Source: Candidatus Omnitrophota bacterium
GTDB taxonomy: Bacteria > Omnitrophota > Omnitrophia > Omnitrophales > Aquincolibacteriaceae
Direction of reading: 5' to 3'
DNA length: 64,000 bases
NCBI GenBank assembly: GCA_030698625.1
Contig: JAUYMS010000012.1
Span: 29,872 to 93,871, forward strand
Positions 56,892 through 64,000 of this stretch are shown here, piece after piece. The notes beneath the pieces are model-generated. The model ran no database searches and had not been told where the DNA came from. It worked only from the letters and a program-made list of their open reading frames with translations. Position numbers and translations under genes: made by a program. Positions within the stretch are counted from its first letter, which is position 1. Each line of letters begins with the position of its first letter.

Positions 56892-58140
56892 CCCCTACCT
56901 TTCTCTGGGCGCCGCCACTTCGGCACATCAAGTCGAAGGCAATAATGACCGCAATGACTGGTGGGCTTGGGAAGCAGCGGGCAAGGTCAGGACCCCTTCC
57001 CGAGAGGCCTGTGATCACTGGTCTCGCATTCACGAAGACGTAGCCCTTATCGCCTCGCTTGGCCACACGGCCTATCGCTTTTCCCTGGAGTGGAGCCGCC
57101 TAGAACCCAATGAGAATGAGTGGGACGAAGCGGCTTTTTCTCACTACGCAAAGCTCCTCACTGAATTACACCTGAGACAAATTGAGCCCGTAGTGACCCT
57201 GCATCACTTTACGAATCCTCAGTGGTTTGCGCGAAGGGGAGGGTGGCTTGCTGAGGATGCCCCGCTCATTTTTGCGCGTTATGTCCGCGAGGTGAGCCGA
57301 CGCGTCGGCGGAAAGGTGCGTTTCTGGATTACCATCAACGAGCCGATGGTCTACGTGTATTATGGCTATGTGATAGGTTCCTGGCCGCCGGGAGAACGGT
57401 CCTTTGATGCGGCAACACGAGTTCTGCGGAATCTTTTGATCGCGCATGTGCGTGCCTATCAGGAATTGCATTCGATTTGTGACGGGCTGACAGGTGCCCC
57501 TGTCTCAGTCTCTATCGCGAAGCATCTTACCCATTTCGCACCCTGCCGGAAGAACAGTCTGAGTGACCGGTTTGCGGTGTTCCTACGAAATCAGTTTTTT
57601 AATGCGATGTGTTTTTCCGCGCTATCAACGGGCTTTCTCTTCTTTCCGGGTGTTTTCTGCGAAAGGTTGCCGGGGGAGCGAACCTTGGATTTTTTAGGGG
57701 TGAATTATTACCGCAGAGATTTCATCCGTTTTGGAGGATTGCGGGATCAGGGCCCCCTCGGCGAGATCTGTGAAGATGCCCATCATGCCGGGCAAATAGC
57801 CGAGCGGAATTCCATGGGGTGGGAGATATACCCCGAAGGTTTGTATCGGGTCCTCGCGGCTTTACGCCGCTTTTCACTGCCGGTGCTTATCTGTGAAAAC
57901 GGAGTTGCCACCGACGATGACACTCAGCGTGTCCGTTTTATTGAGAGCCACGTGCAGTCGATCGAGAGGGTTCGGTCCGAGGGGCTTGATGTGAGCGGCT
58001 ATTTGTACTGGTCGCTGTTCGATAACTTTGAGTGGGCAGAAGGTTACAAGCCCCGGTTCGGCATCGTCGAAGTCGGGGCAGCCGATAAAACAAGAAAAGT
58101 CAGGCCCAGCGCTCATGTTCTAAGCCGGGTTTGCCGATAG
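56855..58140 (+). pseudogene. GH1 family beta-glucosidase, apparently frameshifted near the N-terminus (single-base G indel around 56905-56912); the long intact portion is the ORF 57193-58140 frame
   Basis: The frame starting at the ATG at 56855 reads ...PTFLW. The next frame reads GAATSAHQVEGNNDRNDWWAWE... Fused, they give FLWGAATSAHQVEG, the GH1 N-terminal signature. Downstream are TINEP (acid/base) and ICENG (nucleophile). The long frame has no start codon between the stop at 56851 and 57193. Confidence 0.55.
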
Positions 58141-58147
58141 CTATCCC

Positions 58148-58744
58148 ATGCAGGCTGACCTTTTTGATTCTTCATCTTCGAGATCTTCCCTAGCAAATGA
58201 CTCTCAGGGTGCTTTTTTCGACCGCTACCGGTTGTCTATCCGTCTAGACAAGGCGCTGCTGCTCTTTATCGCTATGCTCATGGTAAATGTCTTTGTCTAC
58301 TGCCGCGGAGTCGATAGCGGTAAACAGGCGGCTCAGGCGCCGCTGCAAGAGGTGACGGAAGTCCCTGTGGAATCTGAGCCTATAAAGCCTATTGAGATGA
58401 TTCCGCCGCTGCCGACTGAAATAGGGGGGCTTCAAATTACAGAAATCCAGCCCTCCCGCGAGAAGCTGCCGCCTGATGTGTCCACGGCGGATGAAACTCA
58501 GGCAAAGCCGCATGGAAAGTATACGATACAGATCGTTACGTATAAATCGCAGCAGTCGGTGGACCAGCAGGTGCAGAAACTCGCCTCGAAGGGCTATCAA
58601 GGCTTCGTGATCCCCAGCGGTAAGTATTTGCAGGTCTGTGTAAACGCTTTTAATGAGCGCCGCGAGGCTATGAGCGCACTGCGAGATCTTCAGTTGCACG
58701 GATTGGCGCCCCCAGACGCGTTTGTGCGTCCCATGAGCCGGTAG
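58148..58744 (+). CDS. SPOR domain protein (membrane-anchored)
   Basis: TM helix, a Pro/Glu-rich linker, and a C-terminal SPOR-like fold (YTIQIVTYKSQQSVDQQVQKLASKGYQGFVIPSGKYLQVCVNAFNERREA). Confidence 0.6.
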   Translation: MQADLFDSSSSRSSLANDSQGAFFDRYRLSIRLDKALLLFIAMLMVNVFVYCRGVDSGKQAAQAPLQEVTEVPVESEPIKPIEMIPPLPTEIGGLQITEIQPSREKLPPDVSTADETQAKPHGKYTIQIVTYKSQQSVDQQVQKLASKGYQGFVIPSGKYLQVCVNAFNERREAMSALRDLQLHGLAPPDAFVRPMSR

Positions 58745-58790
58745 TTATCGAGTCTTTCTATCCCGTCCGATTCTTGGTAACATAGACCCT

Positions 58791-59558
58791 ATGAGTGCTT
58801 CTCCAAAACTCGTTATCCTAGCCATTCTAATGCTTCTCTTACAACCAGCGTGGGCCATTGAGCGCATAGAGCCGTGGCAAGAGGCTGTGCGGCTCAACAA
58901 TGAAGGTCTTAGACTGGAAGCTCAGGGCGACCTTCGCGAGGCCCGGGCTCAGTATGAAGAAGCGACCCGTCAAGACCCGAAGTTGGCCATTGCTTTCAGC
59001 AATCTCGGAAATCTCTACTATCAGGAGCAGAACTATGAGAAAGCGGCCCAGTTTTTTAAAAAGGCCGTTCGTTTGAAGCCTGATACCGCTGCTTTTCATA
59101 TCAATCTGGCTAACGTTTTCTACGCGGAAAAGGGCTATGACAAGGCTATTCGCGAGTACCAAATAGCCCTCAAATTAGACCCCGAAAATGCGGTAGCGGA
59201 ATCAAATCTGGGGGATACTTACCTGCAGAAAGGTGCTCTCAAGCTTGCGGGCCATCACCTGAGCCGTGCCGTGCAGAAGAATCCTGGGCTGAGTATTGCT
59301 CACTATAATAGGGGTATGCTCTTTCTGGCGGCCGGAAAGCGTCAGGAAGCTCGCGAGAGTCTCGAGCGTTCTCTGGAATTGAATCCCCTGTTTGCGGATA
59401 CCCACTTTCAGCTAGCCAAAATCTACGAAGATGAGTATAATACTGTGCTAGCTGTAAGGCACTTCGGGGCCTATCTTAAGATCGACAGACAAGGTCCGAA
59501 TGCACTGAAAGCGGCAAGGAGCATTCAGCGGTTGTCCCGCCAGCTTCCGCAGAGTTAG
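58791..59558 (+). CDS. secreted TPR repeat protein
   Basis: Signal peptide plus at least five TPR units (AFSNLGNLYYQEQNYEKAAQFFKKAVRL... etc.). Confidence 0.6.
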   Translation: MSASPKLVILAILMLLLQPAWAIERIEPWQEAVRLNNEGLRLEAQGDLREARAQYEEATRQDPKLAIAFSNLGNLYYQEQNYEKAAQFFKKAVRLKPDTAAFHINLANVFYAEKGYDKAIREYQIALKLDPENAVAESNLGDTYLQKGALKLAGHHLSRAVQKNPGLSIAHYNRGMLFLAAGKRQEARESLERSLELNPLFADTHFQLAKIYEDEYNTVLAVRHFGAYLKIDRQGPNALKAARSIQRLSRQLPQS

Positions 59559-59667
59559 CCCGCAGAGCGCAGTCAGGTTCGGTTTCGTATTTTCCAAGTT
59601 CCTTGCGATAACGGGGGAGCTGTCTTAGATAAAAGCTGAAAGGCTTAATTTTTTAGGAGGAAGTGAT

Positions 59668-59940
59668 ATGTCTCAGCATGGCAGTTTAAGAGTCGATAGC
59701 GTCGGCAAAAAGCATCGCAATGTATTTAAGCGCCTTGAGCGTATTAAGCGTATGCAGGAACAAAACCGCTTTGCCGACAACCGGTCCATTTATAATCTCC
59801 CCAAGATCAAGTCGATCAAGATCAAGGTCAAGGCCACTGCTGTAAAAGCAGCAGAGGGTGAAGCCGGAGCCGCTGGAGCGGCTGGAGCAGCCGCGCCAGC
59901 ATTACCTGGCGCTCAATCTAAGGAAAAGGCGAAGAAGTAA
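59668..59940 (+). CDS. small basic hypothetical protein with Ala/Gly-rich C-terminal tail
   Basis: Strong RBS AGGAGGAAG. Basic N-terminus, and a C-terminal AAEGEAGAAGAAGAAAPALPGAQ tail encoded by a tandem GCTGGAGC-like DNA repeat. Confidence 0.4.
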   Translation: MSQHGSLRVDSVGKKHRNVFKRLERIKRMQEQNRFADNRSIYNLPKIKSIKIKVKATAVKAAEGEAGAAGAAGAAAPALPGAQSKEKAKK

Positions 59941-59945
59941 CCCCT

Positions 59946-60449
59946 GTGAATGCTTCCAAGATAAATATCAGACGTTTTACAGCCGGCGATGAGACCTCCG
60001 TTAAGAGCCTGATCAAAGAGATCATGGCTCATGAATTTAACGATGATCAGGGGGCATATCCGACTGAGGATATTGAAGAGGTGGAACGTTCTTACGGGGG
60101 ATTGGGAGAAGCATTTTTTGTTGCCGAGGATAATTCACAGATTGTTGGAACAGTTGCTATCAAGAAGGAAGACGATCGTGTCGCGCTTCTCAGGCGACTT
60201 TTCGTTGCAGCGGATTACCGCAAGCGTAAGATTGGGCTAGAACTCGTCGATCATGCCCTTGAGTTTTGTCACGAGGTGGGCTATGAGGAAATCATCTTTA
60301 GAACGACCTCCCGCATGCAGGCGGCCATCAAATTGTGTCAAAAATGCGGCTTTATTCCACGCGCAAAACTCAAATTGGGTCCTATCGAACTCTTAAAGTT
60401 CGCCTTGTCGATACGGGACGGTCGCAAGACCGCTAAGTCCCGTTCCTAA
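59946..60449 (+). CDS. GNAT family N-acetyltransferase
   Basis: Acetyl-CoA binding motif RRLFVAADYRKRKIGLELV. Confidence 0.75.
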   Translation: MNASKINIRRFTAGDETSVKSLIKEIMAHEFNDDQGAYPTEDIEEVERSYGGLGEAFFVAEDNSQIVGTVAIKKEDDRVALLRRLFVAADYRKRKIGLELVDHALEFCHEVGYEEIIFRTTSRMQAAIKLCQKCGFIPRAKLKLGPIELLKFALSIRDGRKTAKSRS

Positions 60450-60459
60450 ACCGATCACT

Positions 60460-61458
60460 ATGGCATGGTTTTCACGTAAAAGAAAAGAAAAAGGCACGGA
60501 ATCCCTCAAGACGCTTTCCGAAGAGGAGATTCAACAAAAGCTCTACGGGCAGTTTGACCTGCGTAATACACTTGCCGAGGAGCCTGCTGAGGCCGAAGAC
60601 CCTGACTCAGAGTCCGATGGATCTGACAGCGGCCGGTTCGCGAAGCAGCCCGCCGTTCCGCCAACGCAGAATGCATTCGAGGAAAAAAAGCGCTTCGACC
60701 GCTTGACCATCGTCAAGGACGAAGACCTCAAAGTAGAGCCTACTCCCAAGATCATTAAGCACCCGAAGCGCCCGTCCAGAAAGCCGAGCTCCTTTAAGTT
60801 TAAGCTGATTTCTTTGAAGCCGATTCTGACGACATTGCGTATGGTGATAGTCGTCGTTTTGACGAAGGTAACAGAACTTCTCATCACGGGTATTCGTTTT
60901 CTGCTCAAGGGGATTAAATGGGTTGACCCCCGCAGACGCGCGGTCCGGCGGGTGATTTATTGGATGGCTGGCCTAGCCCTGGTTTTTTGTCTTTTTATGG
61001 GGATTCATATTTTGAATGTTCAGAGGGAAAAAGCGATGCGAAGCTCCGCGGGAGTATCTGCTGTCGCGCCGAAGTTTGAAAGGCGCACTACAGTGAATGC
61101 CGCAGAGTCGCCCTTAGTGGCGATTACCGGGCAAGAGGAAACAGTCGAGATTGCTCAGTCTGAATCCGAGGAAGAGTTAGATGCGTCCGTTTCTGGCGAC
61201 TCACCCGCATTACCGTATGTCATTCAGGTGGCCACGTATGTGGGGCCTCAAGACGCAGCACGAGTTTCAGAGGATCTGAGTGAGGCGAAATTTCCCGGTT
61301 TTGTACAAAAGCTAAGCCGCTCAGGTGGGAGAGTTTACTATTCCGTATTTTTAGGGCGCTATGCGACCTTTCAGGAAGCGCAAAATAAGCTTGTCCAGTT
61401 TCGCAAGCACCGCGCCTCACGACCCTTTTCCGACGCATTCATCCGCTCGCTGACCTAA
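60460..61458 (+). CDS. SPOR domain protein (bitopic membrane protein)
   Basis: Internal TM, and a C-terminal SPOR-like region (YVIQVATYVGPQDAARVSEDL...GGRVYYSVFLGRYATFQEAQ). Confidence 0.6.
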   Translation: MAWFSRKRKEKGTESLKTLSEEEIQQKLYGQFDLRNTLAEEPAEAEDPDSESDGSDSGRFAKQPAVPPTQNAFEEKKRFDRLTIVKDEDLKVEPTPKIIKHPKRPSRKPSSFKFKLISLKPILTTLRMVIVVVLTKVTELLITGIRFLLKGIKWVDPRRRAVRRVIYWMAGLALVFCLFMGIHILNVQREKAMRSSAGVSAVAPKFERRTTVNAAESPLVAITGQEETVEIAQSESEEELDASVSGDSPALPYVIQVATYVGPQDAARVSEDLSEAKFPGFVQKLSRSGGRVYYSVFLGRYATFQEAQNKLVQFRKHRASRPFSDAFIRSLT

Positions 61459-61462
61459 TTCT

Positions 61463-61825
61463 ATGTGGGACGGCCTAAATCATAGAAAGTTTCCCCGCTC
61501 CGCGCTTCGTTGCGAAATAGACGTTATTCCAAATGCGAAGGGCCGACGTATCCACGTGCAAACTCAGAACGTAGGTATTGGCGGTGTCTGCGTTATTTTG
61601 AACCGTTCTCTCCGGAGGTATAGTGAGTGCGGGATACGTCTCGAAGTAGACAAGGCTCAGCCCGAAATCAGGTGCAATGGGAAGGTTGTCTGGACCGTTG
61701 AGACGCGCGATGTACAGTCTGGCAAGAGTCACTACGATACGGGTATAGAATTTATAGATCTTCCGGCCGCAGGTCGTGAGCAGATCGTGAATCATATCGC
61801 CGTGCGAGCAGCCGGCAACGAGTAA
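61463..61825 (+). CDS. PilZ domain protein
   Basis: An RxxxR-like region (HRKFPRSALR) and a D/NxSxGG-like region (QNVGIGGVCV) in a ~120-aa protein. Confidence 0.5.
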   Translation: MWDGLNHRKFPRSALRCEIDVIPNAKGRRIHVQTQNVGIGGVCVILNRSLRRYSECGIRLEVDKAQPEIRCNGKVVWTVETRDVQSGKSHYDTGIEFIDLPAAGREQIVNHIAVRAAGNE

Positions 61826-61839
61826 GGGGCACTGGTTCT

Positions 61840-62334
61840 ATGGCGCAGTTTTCTTTTGATATCATTTCCAGGGTCGACTTCCAGGAAGTAGACAATGCCG
61901 TCAATCAAGCTGTTAAAGAGCTCCGAACGCGCTTTGATTTTAGAGGATCCAAGAGTTCGATTGAGTTTTTAAAAGACGACAATCGCATTCGGATCGTCGG
62001 AGATGACGACTTGAAACTCCGGAATCTGCAGGATATTCTCAAGACGCGCATTGCCGCCCGAAAGATCCCTATCAAAGCCCTCCAATTTGGGACCCCTGAA
62101 CAGGCCTTCGAAGGGACGCTGAGGCAGGACGTTGACCTGGTAAATGGGATTCCCCAGGACAAAGCCAAGGAATTGGTGAAGATTATCAAGGAATCGCGCT
62201 TGAAGGTACAGGTAAGCATTCAGGGTGATGAAATAAGGGTGACCTCAAAGAACAAAGATGATTTACAGTCTGTGATCCAGCTTCTGAATTCAAATCCGCT
62301 GGATATTCCGATTCAGTTCACTAACTATCGGTAG
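61840..62334 (+). CDS. yajQ: YajQ family cyclic-di-GMP-binding protein (UPF0234)
   Basis: MAQFSFDIISRVDFQEVDNAVNQAVKELRTRFDFRGS is the canonical YajQ N-terminus. About 164 aa. Confidence 0.85.
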   Translation: MAQFSFDIISRVDFQEVDNAVNQAVKELRTRFDFRGSKSSIEFLKDDNRIRIVGDDDLKLRNLQDILKTRIAARKIPIKALQFGTPEQAFEGTLRQDVDLVNGIPQDKAKELVKIIKESRLKVQVSIQGDEIRVTSKNKDDLQSVIQLLNSNPLDIPIQFTNYR

Positions 62335-62571
62335 TCCTTAACTCTTTATAATGTAATATGTTAAAGTCATATTCTGAAGGTCTGAGCAAGACGTTTTTCG
62401 GCTCGAAAAAAAAGAAAAAAAAAGAGGGCGGGTCCCTTGTATTACCTAATACCCCATGCTATATTTGCTCTAGATCCCAAACGTGAGAAGTGAGCCTAGT
62501 TAAATTAAGAGATATTAAAAGTGCTTAAAAAAGACCCCAAACATAATTTAGACCAAGAAAGGAGGCAGCTT

Positions 62572-62964
62572 ATGGAGAAGGAAAGACGTAAATTCAAACG
62601 GTTTGATGCCTACATGAGTGTGAAATACCATGTAAATGACAATGATCAGATCCATGGGATCAGTCTCAGTAAGGATCTGTCTCGAGAGGGCATTAAGATC
62701 AATTCCAATCAGTCTTTTCAAAATGGAACCATGCTTGACCTACAGATTGACATACCGGATGATCCGAAGCCGATTCAGACGTCAGCAAAGGTGGTGTGGT
62801 CGCGTCCTTCAGTTGGAACCAATCAAGGCTATGACCAAGGTGTAAGATTTCTGATGATGGACCCTGTAGATAAGTTCCGGGTTCTTGATTATGCTTACAA
62901 TCATTGGCTTGAAAACAAGGTCAACGATTTTGGAGATCCGGAAGATATCTCGGAAATCGGTTAA
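62572..62964 (+). CDS. PilZ domain protein
   Basis: ERRKFKRF (RxxxR) and LSKDLSREGIKI (DxSxxG), then VVW...GVRF. RBS AGGAGG at 62560. Confidence 0.6.
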   Translation: MEKERRKFKRFDAYMSVKYHVNDNDQIHGISLSKDLSREGIKINSNQSFQNGTMLDLQIDIPDDPKPIQTSAKVVWSRPSVGTNQGYDQGVRFLMMDPVDKFRVLDYAYNHWLENKVNDFGDPEDISEIG

Positions 62965-63013
62965 CATCCGCAGCATCCCATAGCTTGCTATTCCTGCACC
63001 CGATTCATTCTCT

Positions 63014-64000
63014 ATGACGTTATCTGCTGTTCTCGCGATCGATCAGGGAACAACCGGGACAAGAGCAATACTCTACAGTTCTTCAGGCCGTCAGCTTGCG
63101 GCTGCTTACCAGGAATTTCGTCAATATTACCCCAGACCAGCCTGGGTCGAACATGATCCCTCCGAAATTTGGAAGTCCACAATTTCCGTTATCAGAAGAG
63201 CCCTTCAATCCGCGCGCCTTACAGGCGCTAGCATTGCCACTATCGGTATTACTAATCAGCGCGAAACTACAGTTTTGTGGGACAGGCGAACGGGTCGTCC
63301 TATAGGAAGGGCTATTGTTTGGCAGGATCGTCGCGGGGTTGTGGTCACAGATCGCTTGAAAAAAAGTGGACTGGAAGCCGTTTTTCGTCAGAAAACGGGA
63401 CTTGTCCTGGATCCCTATTTCTCAGGCCCAAAGATCGCTTGGCTTTTACAGCACGTTTCCGGTTTAAGACGAAGGGCAGCTCGTGGTGACATCTTTTTTG
63501 GGACCATTGACTCATGGCTCCTTTGGAAACTGACAGGCGGAAAGGTTCATGCTACCGATGTGACTAATGCCTCTCGAACACTTCTGTATAACATCCGCAG
63601 ATTGTGTTGGGACTCAGAGCTTATGAAAATCCTCAGAGTGCCAGCGACTATACTCCCCGAAGTCTATGAGTCAGGTACTCAGTTTGGCGCCACGGTGAAG
63701 CAGGGGCCCCTCATTTCAGGGATTCCGATCACGGCGATTATGGGAGACCAACAAGCGGCTTTGTACGGCCAGGCCTGTTATCGACGGGGAGAGACCAAGA
63801 ACACATATGGGACCGGTTGTTTTGTAGTCCAGAATATAGGCAAGCACATTGGGAGAATGCCCTTTGGGTTGTTGGTGACCGTTGCTTGCGATGAGGCAGG
63901 AAAGCCGGTGTACGCGCTTGAGGGATCCATCTTTATTGCCGGTGCGGCCGTACAATGGCTTCGTGACGGCCTTGGTTTTTTTAAACATGCCGGAGAAACG
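63014..64000 (+). CDS. glpK: glycerol kinase, N-terminal ~329 aa (continues beyond window; absent from the ORF track because it has no stop in the window)
   Basis: My own translation from the ATG at 63014 is stop-free to position 64000: MTLSAVLAIDQGTTGTRAILYSSSGR...WVEHDPSEIW...ITNQRETTVLWDRRTGRPIGRAIVWQDRR...GTIDSWLLWKLTGG...MGDQQAALYGQ. Confidence 0.85.
   Translation, partial: MTLSAVLAIDQGTTGTRAILYSSSGRQLAAAYQEFRQYYPRPAWVEHDPSEIWKSTISVIRRALQSARLTGASIATIGITNQRETTVLWDRRTGRPIGRAIVWQDRRGVVVTDRLKKSGLEAVFRQKTGLVLDPYFSGPKIAWLLQHVSGLRRRAARGDIFFGTIDSWLLWKLTGGKVHATDVTNASRTLLYNIRRLCWDSELMKILRVPATILPEVYESGTQFGATVKQGPLISGIPITAIMGDQQAALYGQACYRRGETKNTYGTGCFVVQNIGKHIGRMPFGLLVTVACDEAGKPVYALEGSIFIAGAAVQWLRDGLGFFKHAGET

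Noticed and set aside
59559-59667. Possible terminator hairpin (AAGCtgaaaGGCTT + T-run) after the TPR gene
   Set aside because: The stem is only 4 bp. That is too weak to call confidently.
63096-63489. Two short + strand ORFs (69 and 70 aa) from the ORF track near the window end
   Set aside because: They are alternate-frame artefacts inside the glpK coding region. My own translation of the ATG-63014 frame is stop-free to position 64000 and carries canonical GlpK motifs.
1-64000. CRISPR arrays, prophage, IS elements, integrons
   Set aside because: I see no regularly spaced direct repeats, no integrase/transposase/recombinase ORFs and no inverted terminal repeats. The only tandem repeat is the short in-frame GCTGGAGC repeat at ~59860-59900.

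Overview
This is a 64 kb stretch of bacterial chromosome at roughly 52% GC, with no recognisable mobile elements or CRISPR arrays. I can support about 73 protein-coding genes and one tRNA. All but three of the genes (gshB, a TPR gene and a SufT-like gene) are on the + strand. Most genes are tightly packed or translationally coupled. The recognisable content, in order, is as follows.

- **1-3.5 kb:** the tail of an Mla-like ABC transporter (ATPase plus MCE protein), a CHASE2-PP2C sensor phosphatase, and a small TIGR04073-like exosortase-associated protein.
- **3.5-7 kb:** a cobalamin nucleotide-loop cluster (cobS, cobD, cbiB), followed by a possibly degenerate CbiX-like protein and a [2Fe-2S] ferredoxin.
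- **7-13 kb:** a DUF4870 membrane protein, a 552-aa coiled-coil protein with an L7/L12-like N-terminus, a DUF151 nuclease-family protein, trxB and a TlpA-like redoxin, a DUF547 protein and a CN-hydrolase.
- **13-20 kb:** rplU-rpmA-obg-proB-proA-nadD and two CNNM/CBS transporters.
- **20.7-24 kb:** a ParA/MinD ATPase fused to a C-terminal glycogen-binding (CBM48/AMPK-beta-like) domain, a neighbouring ParA-like protein with no Walker A motif, a hypothetical protein, and a zinc-ribbon coiled-coil protein.
- **24-29 kb:** a truncated dcw cluster (mraZ, a STAS-domain gene, rsmH, ftsL, ftsI) that runs head-on into gshB.
- **29-36 kb:** a divergent gshA-type ligase, tRNA-Pro(CGG), the glycine-cleavage operon (gcvT, gcvH, gcvPA, gcvPB) and a lipoate ligase.
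- **36-42 kb:** uvrD/pcrA, then a 1125-aa secreted protein of unknown function sitting between an AT-rich upstream region and a palindromic terminator.
- **42-64 kb:** plsC, an EEP nuclease, an alpha/beta hydrolase, an M48 peptidase, BatD/BatE-like proteins, trpBA, ruvX, an M16 peptidase, rpe, lepA-lepB, a frameshifted GH1 beta-glucosidase, two SPOR proteins, a PilZ-YajQ-PilZ cluster of c-di-GMP effectors, and the start of glpK.

I also annotate several sigma70-like promoters, a rho-independent terminator, a bidirectional terminator and MraZ-box-like direct repeats. The most unusual loci are the ParA-CBM48 fusion with its degenerate partner, the orphan giant secreted protein, and the altered dcw cluster.
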